This document shows, one piece after another, positions 50,173 to 60,759 of a stretch of DNA of 64,000 nucleotides. The stretch lies in contig CBDCTK010000002.1 of the NCBI GenBank assembly GCA_965222225.1, positions 4,640,001-4,704,000 of the forward strand, given 5' to 3'. The notes beneath the pieces were generated by a model. That model searched no databases and had not been told where the DNA came from. It worked only from the letters and a program-made list of their open reading frames with translations. A program made the position numbers and the translations under genes. The stretch comes from Candidatus Poribacteria bacterium. GTDB taxonomy: Bacteria > Poribacteria > WGA-4E > JAJDTR01. Position 1 is the first letter of the stretch. Every line of letters starts with the position of its first letter.

Positions 50173-52239
50173 ATGCAAATCAACGGATTGGTCCTGGGAA
50201 AATATCGGATTGAAAATTTAATCAACAACGGCAGTTTCGCCTCCGTTTTCCGCGCAAAGGAAGAACTTACAAATCGTATTGTAGCTATCAAGGCATTACC
50301 CAAATCCGTTTATCCGTCGGGACGATTGCGCTATTTGTTGGCTGAACTGAGGTCCATGACGTTGAATTGGGGACATGAAAACATTGTCTCCATTCATACA
50401 GTCGAACCGGGTGAAGATGAATATATCGCTTTTATCGTTATGGAGTACATAGACGGCTCCACACTGCATGAGCGAATGACCGCCGAGTCGTTTTCCCCAA
50501 GTCGTGCAGTCAATATTGCCTTAGATATTTGTCGAGGGCTTACCGCTGTGCATGCACAGAACATCATCCACCGAGATATCAAACCTCAGAACATCCTCTT
50601 GACGTCCGATGGCACAGCGAAACTCGGCGATTTCGGTGTGGCATGTATACTTGAAGCAACGGACGACATTGCGGCAACGGTCACAGGCACTCGGAAATAC
50701 ATGGCGCCTGAGCAGTATGACGGAGAATACGATTCTCGCGTAGATCTCTATTCGTTAGGATTGGTTCTCTATGAGATGCTGACCGGGCGATATCCATTCC
50801 GAGGACGAAATCATGATGAAATAAAGATAAAAAAAATTGATGCAGTAATTGAGTTCGATCATGAAGTGCCCGAGGAATTGCACGGTTTTCTACAGAAGGT
50901 ATTGCACAGAAATGTCAACTCGCGCTATCAGAGCGCTACGGAAATGTATCACGATTTGGATGCCATTCGTGCCACGTGGTATGCAAAGATAGTGCGCGAA
51001 GAGTTGGCCCAATCGCCGAATGCAAATACGTCCAATGAAATACTTTTCAGAATGCGAGAGGACCTACGACTTTCGCCTGATTTGGCGCGTTGGATTGAAC
51101 TAGAAATTCATTACCAGCACCGAATTGAAGAGGAGCGGAAAAAACGACACCAGCTTGAACAGGAGACTAGCGCATGCTATGAACGTGCTATATATTATAT
51201 CCATCAACACAATCCGGTCGATGCGTTACGAGAACTACAAGAAGCGCATAGTCATTACTTGACGGAAATCGGACTTTCAAATCAAGTAAAGAAAATCTTC
51301 AGGTCATTAGTGGACGCATTCACGATTGCCAAAGTTCCTTCCAAGGCAGATGAAATAGTGCGTATAGTTGAACAGTTGCCTGCCAATGAGGTGGAGGAAC
51401 TTAAAACTTGGTTCTCTCAACGAATGCTCCCTAACCACGTTGACCAATCTGACGATATACCGGTTTCGACAGGAAGCGACATAGAGGACGACAGTTCGGA
51501 TCTTCCGCTGGCGCCTCCTGCCGATTCCTCCCCAACGCAACCACTTCTCGCAGAGTCTGTATTGCGGTCGCTACATGAGAAGACAAAATATCCTCACGAG
51601 AGAGCGGCCGCTCAAATTTGCCGCATGGCTGAAAACTTTACGCGACAGAAAAACAAACGCGCACGTTCCGAATATAAGAAACTTGCAGAATTTTACGTCC
51701 AGTCTGCTATGCACTTTATCGACACGGACGATTGGGAATTGGCTGCGGACTGTTACGCGCGCGCGCGGTTGGCTTATGTTGCGGCTAAGCGCACTGGAAG
51801 TGCTAGAACAATGGCAAACAAGGCAGGGGACTGCTATGCCAAACTTGCTGAGGCAATGAGCAGACGACAACTTTGGGAAGAGGCTGCAACTCAATGCGTC
51901 CTATCAGCCGACCATTTTAAACATGGAGAGTCCGAGGAGACGGCTGAAGAAGGCTGGTCAAATGCAACGATTTATTATTTGAATGCCGCTGAAAACGCCT
52001 GTTCGGCTGGAGACGTTGAGCGTGTCAATATCTATTGTCAGAAAATCTTCGTAATCGCCGAGAGCATCAAGCGACCTTCAAAAGCCGCAGCGGCGGCACG
52101 GAGACTAATGGGTGAGATAGAGAGATCTATTACAAACCCGCTCCACACCAGCCTCCAGGATTCCGAGCGTAATCCTTCGAAGTCGGTAGTAATGCACGGA
52201 GAAATCTTGCCAGTGAACCAGTGGCAAGCAAGAGGATAA
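50173..52239 (+). CDS. Hanks-type Ser/Thr protein kinase with a C-terminal helical-repeat region
   Basis: VAIK, HRDIKPQN, DFG, YMAPE and DLYSLG motifs. No TM segment. C-terminal TPR/SNAP-like repeats. Confidence 0.92.
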   Translation: MQINGLVLGKYRIENLINNGSFASVFRAKEELTNRIVAIKALPKSVYPSGRLRYLLAELRSMTLNWGHENIVSIHTVEPGEDEYIAFIVMEYIDGSTLHERMTAESFSPSRAVNIALDICRGLTAVHAQNIIHRDIKPQNILLTSDGTAKLGDFGVACILEATDDIAATVTGTRKYMAPEQYDGEYDSRVDLYSLGLVLYEMLTGRYPFRGRNHDEIKIKKIDAVIEFDHEVPEELHGFLQKVLHRNVNSRYQSATEMYHDLDAIRATWYAKIVREELAQSPNANTSNEILFRMREDLRLSPDLARWIELEIHYQHRIEEERKKRHQLEQETSACYERAIYYIHQHNPVDALRELQEAHSHYLTEIGLSNQVKKIFRSLVDAFTIAKVPSKADEIVRIVEQLPANEVEELKTWFSQRMLPNHVDQSDDIPVSTGSDIEDDSSDLPLAPPADSSPTQPLLAESVLRSLHEKTKYPHERAAAQICRMAENFTRQKNKRARSEYKKLAEFYVQSAMHFIDTDDWELAADCYARARLAYVAAKRTGSARTMANKAGDCYAKLAEAMSRRQLWEEAATQCVLSADHFKHGESEETAEEGWSNATIYYLNAAENACSAGDVERVNIYCQKIFVIAESIKRPSKAAAAARRLMGEIERSITNPLHTSLQDSERNPSKSVVMHGEILPVNQWQARG

Positions 52240-52655
52240 TGTGGCGGGCATGTAACAATCATATACTTAATGGCTCCGCTCGGGCCGAGAGTTATATTGA
52301 AGGATAGTGCCCCCAGTAGTTGCGAATCTGAACTACCTCCCCATGAGGCATACGTGTTACTTCTCAGCCGGTATACCAGTTTCTCAAACTATGCACTAGC
52401 GACGACGATTAATGGATATTCTTGCGCTTCACGTATAGCTCTTTTTGCTCGGTGTCAAACTTTTCCGGCTTACCTGCCTTTTTGACTTCTCTCCTTATAC
52501 CTTGCGTATCAATCTGTGTCTTTTGCCACTTGCATACACATGTCTTCGTCAATGATGTCGCCAATTCGCGTAATCATGAAAATGGATTAGCCGATTCTCG
52601 ATTAGTGTCCAGTGTGAAGACACGGGGACATCCAGAAATCCGAAAAAGAGCCACT

Positions 52656-53249
52656 TCAGCCGGAAGTCTTTGCCCATAGTTCTTCGGAGAACATGCTCTT
52701 AAGCGTATTGGATTGATCCGGCATGATAGGCAAACCTAGCTTGGGGAAAATTCTGCTCCAACGCTCAGGATGATCAACATCAATGTACACGGGAACGAAG
52801 TCGAGATTCAAATAGGTCTTGATAGCAGGCAAACGGAAATCGTCTGTACCAAGAATTGCACACTTGAAATTGCGGTGTTGGAAAAAGTGCAAAACGCAGA
52901 GCGTCACGGATTTGCCCAGTCGCTGTCCGGTGTGCTCAGGAGTCACGGCGACCATGTGCACCGAACCCATCTCGGATTCTCCGGGGACAAGGATACGCGA
53001 ATACGTAGTGCCTACCGGTGTACCTTGGCAAGTCACAAAGTAAAGACCGTCAGGATCGAATAACGATTTACGGCCAATGTCTTTGTAAAAATCAGCGGTT
53101 GTGAATGTTATACCGAACGATGCGTTAATCACATTGACCCAATGGGCATCATCACCCTCCTCGTAAGTTCGTATTTCGTACCCGTCCGGGACTTTGATTT
53201 CCGGCAACCCATTGAGGTTTGGTCGAACCATCCTGAGTTGTTTTGGCAT
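52656..53249 (-). CDS. GNAT family N-acetyltransferase
   Basis: VAVTPEHTGQRLGK (motif A) and TDDFRLPAIKTYLNLDF. AAAGGAGG RBS before ATG 53249. Confidence 0.88.
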   Translation of the reverse strand: MPKQLRMVRPNLNGLPEIKVPDGYEIRTYEEGDDAHWVNVINASFGITFTTADFYKDIGRKSLFDPDGLYFVTCQGTPVGTTYSRILVPGESEMGSVHMVAVTPEHTGQRLGKSVTLCVLHFFQHRNFKCAILGTDDFRLPAIKTYLNLDFVPVYIDVDHPERWSRIFPKLGLPIMPDQSNTLKSMFSEELWAKTSG

Positions 53250-53326
53250 TCGCAATCCTCCTTTATAGTCATTTGCATTCATATTTACACATATTGTCGA
53301 TTGTATGTTAACCCAAGTTGCCAGTA

Positions 53327-53394
53327 GTAGGCATACTCCGTATGCTGTACCCCTTGAGTAAGGAAAGTCGGGAACGCAGATCTGCGTTCCCGAC
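53327..53394. repeat. Cluster of two REP-like palindromes
   Basis: GTAG-GCATAC-TCC-GTATGC (53327..53345) and the perfect 28-bp palindrome GTCGGGAACGCAGATCTGCGTTCCCGAC (53367..53394). Confidence 0.6.
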
Positions 53395-53562
53395 AATCTG
53401 AAGTACGTAAGTCGTAAGTCAATTACATTCATGTTCCAACATTTTGTGTAATTCTTAGTTGCAATGGCTATAAGAGCTGAGTTCCTAGTTTCACGCACAA
53501 TTATACAACACTCATGCCTGTAAAGTTAAGGCAAAGCTTGGGGTTCAAGTAGAGCTTAAAAT

Positions 53563-54081
53563 ATGCCGAATATCATTTTAGTTGGATTCATGGGTACAGG
53601 TAAAACGTCTGTAGGACGGCGACTGTCTCAGTGTTTGGGGATGCCTTACCTTGATACTGACGAGATTATTGAACAAAGTGCCGGACGGCGTATCACCGAC
53701 ATCTTCGCTCAACATGGTGAATCGTATTTTCGTGAACTGGAAAGCGAGGCGGTTCATAAGATTTCGGGTTTGGACAAGCACGTAATCTCGACCGGCGGAG
53801 GAATTGTGCTTCGGACTGAAAATCTGGCGATTCTTATGCGCAATGGGCTAGTTTTCTGCCTTACGGCAACGTCAGAGGAAATTTGGGCACGGGTGAAGAA
53901 CGAAACACATCGACCATTGCTAAGAGCACCGGATCCCGTAGAAAAGATACGCGAGATGCTTAAAGCCCGCGAGGCATATTATGCTTTAGCCGATTACACA
54001 ATTCAGACTGACGGCGTACCAATTGAGCAAGTCACGGATGAAGTTATAGAGGTGTTCCAAAATGCCATCAATTCGCGTTGA
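53563..54081 (+). CDS. aroK: Shikimate kinase
   Basis: GFMGTGKT, GESYFRELE, STGGG and RPLL motifs. Confidence 0.96.
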   Translation: MPNIILVGFMGTGKTSVGRRLSQCLGMPYLDTDEIIEQSAGRRITDIFAQHGESYFRELESEAVHKISGLDKHVISTGGGIVLRTENLAILMRNGLVFCLTATSEEIWARVKNETHRPLLRAPDPVEKIREMLKAREAYYALADYTIQTDGVPIEQVTDEVIEVFQNAINSR

Positions 54082-55153
54082 ACTACGCGAGAACAGTTAT
54101 CCTATTATTGTCGATCAGGAAATTTTAGGCAAGACAGGTGAACTACTACGATCGCAAACGAAATCGGAAAAAGCTATCGTGATTGCGGATGCCTTCGTGA
54201 GCCGCCGATACGGGGGCGAGGTCCTAGAGGGCTTATCGAATGCCGGTTTTGATTCTCGCATGACGGAGGTTCCCTCAGGCGAAGAGCATAAGTCGCTCGA
54301 ATGGTTCGGCAGATTGCATGATCAGCTTGTCAGCCATCGCATGGACCGCACATCAACACTTATCGCGCTCGGCGGCGGCGTCATTGGTGACCTTGCCGGA
54401 TTCGTCGCTGCTACATACATGCGCGGTATTTCGTATGTCCAGATTCCAACGACATTGCAGGCTCAGGTCGATGCGAGCGTGGGAGGCAAAACCGGCATCA
54501 ATCACCCGAACGGAAAAAACCTTATCGGTGCGTTTTATCAACCGAAACTCGTGCTAATTGATGTAGCAACGCTGAGAACGTTATCTTCTCGCGATGTTCG
54601 TGCGGGATTAATCGAAGTCATCAAACATGGCGTAATTATGGATGTGCCGTTATTCGATCAGATTGAAGAGAACCTTGATGCCATTCTTAATCTCGACTCA
54701 GATATCATTATCAGCGTAATCGCCAGATCGTGTGCGGACAAGGCCGAAGTTGTCGCAGGCGATGAGAAGGAAAACCACTTGCGAATGACGCTCAATTATG
54801 GCCACACCTTTGGCCATGCGCTTGAATCCATCACGAATTACAATGTATATCGGCACGGCGAGGCGGTTGCAATCGGCATGAACTGTGCCGCTCAACTCGC
54901 TTGTAACCTTGGCATGTTGTCACTATCCGATTTGGAACGTCAAAAACGGCTCATCCAACGTACCGGACTTCCCACGGGTTTCCCAGAAGAAATACGATCG
55001 GACACACTGCTTGACGCCATGTATCTTGACAAGAAAGCGAAGCGCGGAAAACTGAACCTCGTGCTTCCAACAAGAATTGGCGAAGTAGATATCCGCGATG
55101 ACATCAATGATTCAGATGTTCTACACGCAATTTCACAGTGCATAGAAGATTAG
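54062..55153 (+). CDS. aroB: 3-dehydroquinate synthase
   Basis: GGGVIGDLAGF, PTTLQAQVDASVGGK, LNYGHTFGHALE and HGEAV motifs. Confidence 0.97.
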   Translation: MPSIRVELRENSYPIIVDQEILGKTGELLRSQTKSEKAIVIADAFVSRRYGGEVLEGLSNAGFDSRMTEVPSGEEHKSLEWFGRLHDQLVSHRMDRTSTLIALGGGVIGDLAGFVAATYMRGISYVQIPTTLQAQVDASVGGKTGINHPNGKNLIGAFYQPKLVLIDVATLRTLSSRDVRAGLIEVIKHGVIMDVPLFDQIEENLDAILNLDSDIIISVIARSCADKAEVVAGDEKENHLRMTLNYGHTFGHALESITNYNVYRHGEAVAIGMNCAAQLACNLGMLSLSDLERQKRLIQRTGLPTGFPEEIRSDTLLDAMYLDKKAKRGKLNLVLPTRIGEVDIRDDINDSDVLHAISQCIED

Positions 55154-55210
55154 TGGTGCTGTCGCTACGTGAGAGGCGAAAGTAGTAACAGGTAATTATG
55201 CTGCGAAGGT

Positions 55211-55769
55211 TCAACTATCGTCTAGTCCAAGTTCAACTGCGATTCCTTTCATGGCATCAATAACAAATTCGATGTGTTCCTTAAGCGGGATACCAACATC
55301 CTCTGCACCGTTGTGGATGTCTCCTCGATTCACGGTGCGCGCAAACGCTTTGTCTTTAAGTTTTTTCTGCACCGAGGAAATCTTTACTTCGGCAATCCTT
55401 CTGTTTGGGCGAACGAGTGCTACGGCAGTTACAAATCCAGCCAACTCATCGACAGCATAGAGGGTTTTGTCCATCAAGCTCTTTCGTTCAAGTCCAAGGT
55501 AATCGGCATGTGAGCGGATTGCATATATCACGTCAGGCGGATAACCCTTTTCCTTGAGGATTTTCGCTCCTATCTCTGGGTGTTGGTCGGGACGGGTACA
55601 TCTCATAGTCGAAATCGTGCAAAAGCCCGACAATCCCCCATTTTTCTTCATCTTCACCCCATTTCCGGGCATAAACCCTCATGCATGCTTCAACAGCTAA
55701 GGCGTGTTTGATTAATCTGTCCTTTTGAGTATATTCATGAAGAAGTTCTAAGGCACTATCTCTATTCAT
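55211..55769 (-). CDS. HD-domain (HDIG-type) metal-dependent phosphohydrolase; frameshift at about 55590
   Basis: KHALAVE...GLLHDFDYEMYP in one frame continues as PDQHP...AIRSH...AVDELAGF...KDKAFA in another (about 185 aa). Confidence 0.85.
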
Positions 55770-55872
55770 CAGCCAATTTCCTTGATAACGCGTTCTTGCA
55801 TGGCGAACAATCATCTGTTTTCTCGACACCAACAAGCCCTAACGGTTAACCAACCGACAGTTCTTACCCGCA

Positions 55873-57477
55873 TCAACTCACCATTCTAGGCTGCTTATCC
55901 CGGCAAAGTACGACGTGTTTTTTCCAGTTAACATCGTCGCGCTCGGGGTAGTCTTCCCGATAGTGCGCACCTCGACTCTCCCTCCGAATAATTGCGGCTT
56001 CGGTAATCAAATTCGCAACGTCAAGCATGTTTTGAAATTCAAACGTCGCCACACTGGACCACGAATGTGCCTGATCCATCTCTCGCAAAACGTCACGTGC
56101 GACTTTAAGGTTCGCTTCCAATCTCAGAATACCAACGTCTTCCCACATCAATTGACGAATCTTTTCCTTGCCGGATTCCACGTCAAACGAGTTGGTAGTA
56201 CCGTAGCTATTCTCCGTTCGAACCTGAACTTTCTCAAGGATTCTATTGTCAAGTCGTTGGGCGTAATCGACTGCGGATTCTGCCGCGCGCGATCCAAATA
56301 CTATACACTCCAGCAAGGAATTGCTTGCGAGCCGATTTGCACCGTGGACTCCTGTACATGCCACTTCACCACACGCGTATAGCCCGTTAATATTTGTCTC
56401 TGCATCCAGATTGGTTCGGATGCCGCCCATCATGAAATGCGCGCCTGATCGGACAGGGATGAGGTCCTTGGTGATTTCGAGTCCGTAATGTTGGCAAGTG
56501 TGGGAGATTGTCGGAAAGCGTCTCTGAATGAAGTCGGGCGATAGATGTGTAATATCAAGGTAGACACACGGAAAACCTGTTGACTGCATTTCATTCAGGA
56601 TCGCCCGGCTGACAACATCGCGGGGACCGAGTTCCGCATTTTCATGATATCTTCGCATGAATTGTTCACCGCGAATGTTCACCAGAACTCCTCCTTCACC
56701 GCGAACCGCTTCCGAGATTAAGAAATGAGGTGCGCCATCCAGAAAAAGGGTTGTCGGATGAAATTGAACGAACTCCATGTCCATCATCTCGCAGCCCGCA
56801 CGCCACGCGGCAGCGAAACCATCCCCTGTCGCCACTTCGGGATTCGACGTGCATTGATAAACGCACCCTAGTCCTCCGGCTGCGAGAATCGTGACTTTGG
56901 CACGGATCCAATGTACCACGTTATTAACAAGCGCAAGCACACCATAGCAAGTTTCTTCCTCCGTGACGAAGTCGATGGCAAACGCGTTTTCAACCACCTT
57001 TACATGTTTCTGTTTCCGGAGATGGTTGACCAAGACATCAGTTGTCTCTATGCCGGTAGCATCACCTCGATGGACAACACGGCGCCGTTGATGAGCTCCC
57101 TCCCTGGTAAAGCCAAGAGTGTCACCCTCTTTGTCAAACTTTGCGCCCCATTTAATCAATTCCGAAACCCGTTCAATGCCCTCCTCTACCATGACTTGAA
57201 CGGCCGATGGATTGCATATACCTACCCCCGATTTGAGAGTGTCCTCAACGTGGGAGTCGATTGTGTCGTCGACATTCATCGCAACGGCAATGCCACCTTG
57301 GGCATAGCGCGTGCTACTCTCCTTCAGTGCGCTCTTGGTCATCAGAAGCACACTGCCATGTTGGTTGGCTTGAATCGCTGCTCGCAGCCCGGCACTCCCA
57401 CTTCCGATTACCAAGAAATCGGTGTCGATTATGGGTAGTGCCGAGGTGTCAAATTGAAGTATATGTCGGCTATTCAT
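55873..57477 (-). CDS. nadB: L-aspartate oxidase
   Basis: GSGSAGL, AQGGIA, EFVQFHPT, ISEAVRGEG, GVHGANRLASNSLLE and RESRGAHYR motifs. Confidence 0.96.
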   Translation of the reverse strand: MNSRHILQFDTSALPIIDTDFLVIGSGSAGLRAAIQANQHGSVLLMTKSALKESSTRYAQGGIAVAMNVDDTIDSHVEDTLKSGVGICNPSAVQVMVEEGIERVSELIKWGAKFDKEGDTLGFTREGAHQRRRVVHRGDATGIETTDVLVNHLRKQKHVKVVENAFAIDFVTEEETCYGVLALVNNVVHWIRAKVTILAAGGLGCVYQCTSNPEVATGDGFAAAWRAGCEMMDMEFVQFHPTTLFLDGAPHFLISEAVRGEGGVLVNIRGEQFMRRYHENAELGPRDVVSRAILNEMQSTGFPCVYLDITHLSPDFIQRRFPTISHTCQHYGLEITKDLIPVRSGAHFMMGGIRTNLDAETNINGLYACGEVACTGVHGANRLASNSLLECIVFGSRAAESAVDYAQRLDNRILEKVQVRTENSYGTTNSFDVESGKEKIRQLMWEDVGILRLEANLKVARDVLREMDQAHSWSSVATFEFQNMLDVANLITEAAIIRRESRGAHYREDYPERDDVNWKKHVVLCRDKQPRMVS

Positions 57478-57537
57478 AAGTGTTTTATCGGAGAGAAATG
57501 AAACCTGTATGAACTCGAATCTCCTCTATTTCTAAAC

Positions 57538-57948
57538 TCATAGTCCTTTTCCCACCTTTACCACTTTGCCGCTTCCGTCGGCGACTAGCGTTCCATCTTC
57601 CAACGTGATGTCCGCCGCAGCTTCGATGAGTCGTTTAGTGTTCCTAACCCGTCTTGCGTTGATGAATAGCTTTTTCCCCGTGGGCGCTGGGCTCTTGAAT
57701 CGAATCTCAAGTTGGGCGGTCACAGCCGGGCTACCGAAACTGGCAATCCCTACGTAAGTAATTGCTTCATCCAATAGAGTGCTAAGTATTCCGCCGTGCA
57801 TCACACTCGCCCATCCTTGGAAGTGATTGGGCGGCGTACACACAATCTGTACGGTTTCACCATCTTGTGAGATGTTTGGAGTAACTTGCAAGCCGAAAGG
57901 ATTATGTTTCCCACAAACAAAGCAACGATCATTATTTTCAATTTCCAT
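57538..57948 (-). CDS. PaaI/hotdog-fold thioesterase
   Basis: CFVCGxxNPxGL and HGGILSTLLDE motifs. Confidence 0.9.
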   Translation of the reverse strand: MEIENNDRCFVCGKHNPFGLQVTPNISQDGETVQIVCTPPNHFQGWASVMHGGILSTLLDEAITYVGIASFGSPAVTAQLEIRFKSPAPTGKKLFINARRVRNTKRLIEAAADITLEDGTLVADGSGKVVKVGKGL

Positions 57949-58002
57949 TCGATGCGTCCTGTATTTGGTAACTACATATTTACTTAAGGTAGTGAATCTA
58001 GC

Positions 58003-60648
58003 TCATTCTAGCATATTGAGGTTTGACTCTAGTTTTTCCGTTTCCGATTCAAACCTGTTGAGCAAGTCCTGTTTCTGCATCACGACTGCCTTGGGCGCAC
58101 GTTCAATGAATTTCGGATTATCGAGTGTTTTTTGTGTGGCAGCCAGATCTGCGGTCAACTTACTAAGGCGCTTCTGTAGACGATTTCTTTCCGCGTCAAT
58201 GTCAATCACCCCAGCCAGCGGGACGTAAATAATCAAATCATCCACTACTGCTGTAGCGCAAGCAGCCGGTTTTTCTAGGGACTCGGCAATTGAGAAGCTT
58301 GAGATTCGCGTGAATGAGGGAAGGTAATCTTCAAGGTGCGTCTCAAGCAGATTGCGATTTTCGGCGTTGGAGGCTTTAATCAGGATTTCCACTTCGCTAG
58401 ATGGAGCCACATTCATCTCACCACGAATGCTACGAATACTGTCGATGACGTTCATGATCGTCTGCATTGCGTTTTCCGACGCCGGGTCTTCCCATGTAGG
58501 GTTCGGAACGGGCCAAGGCGCAACCATGATGCTGTCTCCCTCGTGTGGCAAGCGTTGCCAAATCTCTTCAGTAAGGAACGGCATGATTGGATGCGACAAA
58601 CGCATTGTGCGTTCGAGAATATCAGATGCAATGGACTGAACCGTCTGCTTGGAGCTTAAATCATCGGTATAGTATAACCGTTGCTTAATCAGTTCGATAT
58701 ACCAATCGCAGAACTCATGCCAGAGAAATTCATAGAGAGTATGCGCGGCATCACTGAAACGGAACTCCTCAAGATACGCCGTCATATTCTTCGTTGTAGC
58801 GTTGAAGCGACTACGAATCCAACGATCGCATAAGTACAGATTATCATTTGAAATCTCGGTTCTTGACTGATCGAAGTCGTCAAGATTCATCAACAGGAAA
58901 CGTGAGGCGTTCCAAATTTTGTTGGCGAAACGCTTTCCTGCCTCAATTTGTGATTCTGGTAGCGGCATGTACGGATTTGGAAGCGTACAAAATACCAGAG
59001 CGAAACGAAAAGCATCGGCACCGTATTTGTAGATTGTTTCAATCGGATCGATGGTGTTGCCGCGAGACTTGCTCATTTTCTGCCCATGCTCATCGGCAAC
59101 GAGAGCGTGAATATAGACCTCCCGAAACGGGACTTCGCCGTGGCATTTCAAGCCCAGCATAATCATTCGCGCCACCCAGAAGAAAAGAATGTCCCAACCG
59201 GTAACCAGTACAGAGGTCGGATAAAATGACTTTAGGAGGGAGGTTGATTCGGGCCAACCCATTGTCGAAAACGGCCATAGCCCGGAACTGAACCATGTGT
59301 CCAACACGTCTTCTTCTTGGCGCAAGTCTCGACAGCCGCAGGTACACTCTTGAGGCGTTTCGACCGCTGCAATGACCTCTCCGCAATCGCCGCAATACCA
59401 AATTGGCAGTCGGTGTCCCCACCAGCGCTGGCGCGAAACTGGCCACGGCAGAATGTTTTCCATCCAGTGATAAAACCGTTTCTCCTCACGTTCGGGAATG
59501 AATACAACCTCGCGGTTTCGGACGGCTTCAATTGCGCGTTCCGCGAGTGATTTGACGTTGATGAACCATTGCAGTGAAAGGTACGGCTCGACGATAGTGT
59601 CACAACGGTCATGATGTCCAACGGAATGTGGGTGTGGAACGACCTTCATGAGTAGACCGCTATCACGTAGATTTTCAACTAATGCTTGTCGGCAGTCAAA
59701 TCTGTCCATTCCCTGATATTCCGAGCCTGCAAACTGATTGAGTGTTCCGTCGGGATTGAAGATATTGATTTGAGGGAGATTGTGCCTAAGACCAAGTTCG
59801 TAATCATTCGGATCGTGGGCAGGTGTCACTTTGAGCGCACCTGTCCCAAATTCCCGGTCCACATATTCATCTGCAATGACAGGAATTTCGCGCTGGACGA
59901 GCGGCAGAAGCACTGTTTTGCCGATGGCGTGCTGATAGCGCTTGTCCTCCGGGTGAACCGCGACCGCTGTATCACCTAGCATCGTCTCCGGACGAGTCGT
60001 CGCGATTTCCAAAAACTCCTCCGAATCCTTAATCGGGTACTCAATGTGATAGAAGTTGCCATCTATCTCAATTGATTCGACCTCCAGATCGGAAATTACA
60101 GTTTGACAGTTGGGGCACCAGTTTGCCAAGTACGTGTCGCGATAAACCAACCCATCGTCGTAGAGCCTGACAAATGCCGTTCGAACGGCTTTGGACAGGC
60201 CTTCGTCAAGCGTGAAACGTTCGCGTTCCCAATCGCAAGAGCAGCCGATTTGGCGTAGTTGCTCAATAATTGTCCCGCGCGATTCATTTTTCCAGTTCCA
60301 CATTCGATCGATAAATTTCTCACGTCCAAGAGCTTCCCGAGAGGTTCCCCAATCCGCCAGTTTCTGCTCCATGATAATCTCGGTAACGATTCCCGCATGA
60401 TCGGTGCCCGGCATCCAAAGAGCATTGTAACCTTGCATCCGTTTCCAGCGAATCAGCACATCTTGCAGTGTGTTGTCGAGTGCGTGTCCAACGTGAAGAT
60501 TTCCAGTGATGTTGGGAGGAGGAATTACGATGGAGAACGACGGCTTGTCGGATGTATCGGCGGCATGGAAGTAGTTTTCATTCAGCCAAAACTGATACCA
60601 TTTCGCCTCGATTTCCTGCGGAGAATAGGTTGTCGGGATATCCGTCAT
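58003..60648 (-). CDS. valS: Valine--tRNA ligase
   Basis: PPPNITGNLHVGH, ATTRPET, DVLDTWFSS, KMSKS and a C-terminal coiled coil. Confidence 0.98.
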   Translation of the reverse strand: MTDIPTTYSPQEIEAKWYQFWLNENYFHAADTSDKPSFSIVIPPPNITGNLHVGHALDNTLQDVLIRWKRMQGYNALWMPGTDHAGIVTEIIMEQKLADWGTSREALGREKFIDRMWNWKNESRGTIIEQLRQIGCSCDWERERFTLDEGLSKAVRTAFVRLYDDGLVYRDTYLANWCPNCQTVISDLEVESIEIDGNFYHIEYPIKDSEEFLEIATTRPETMLGDTAVAVHPEDKRYQHAIGKTVLLPLVQREIPVIADEYVDREFGTGALKVTPAHDPNDYELGLRHNLPQINIFNPDGTLNQFAGSEYQGMDRFDCRQALVENLRDSGLLMKVVPHPHSVGHHDRCDTIVEPYLSLQWFINVKSLAERAIEAVRNREVVFIPEREEKRFYHWMENILPWPVSRQRWWGHRLPIWYCGDCGEVIAAVETPQECTCGCRDLRQEEDVLDTWFSSGLWPFSTMGWPESTSLLKSFYPTSVLVTGWDILFFWVARMIMLGLKCHGEVPFREVYIHALVADEHGQKMSKSRGNTIDPIETIYKYGADAFRFALVFCTLPNPYMPLPESQIEAGKRFANKIWNASRFLLMNLDDFDQSRTEISNDNLYLCDRWIRSRFNATTKNMTAYLEEFRFSDAAHTLYEFLWHEFCDWYIELIKQRLYYTDDLSSKQTVQSIASDILERTMRLSHPIMPFLTEEIWQRLPHEGDSIMVAPWPVPNPTWEDPASENAMQTIMNVIDSIRSIRGEMNVAPSSEVEILIKASNAENRNLLETHLEDYLPSFTRISSFSIAESLEKPAACATAVVDDLIIYVPLAGVIDIDAERNRLQKRLSKLTADLAATQKTLDNPKFIERAPKAVVMQKQDLLNRFESETEKLESNLNMLE

Positions 60649-60759
60649 CAGCGGGTATGATGCCTCCTATCGGTATACGATAAATTCGTGAGTATGAGAT
60701 CTGTCGGTCCAGGTGGTGGTCTTGATTAAACACGGCACACGTCCATTTTACCATCTTAA

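Noticed and set aside
52270-52679. Short ORFs between the kinase and GNAT genes
   Set aside because: No convincing RBS or recognisable motifs on either strand.
53250-53498. 83-aa N-terminal extension of the GNAT ORF in the track
   Set aside because: It runs through REP palindromes, and a strong RBS marks ATG 53249 as the start.
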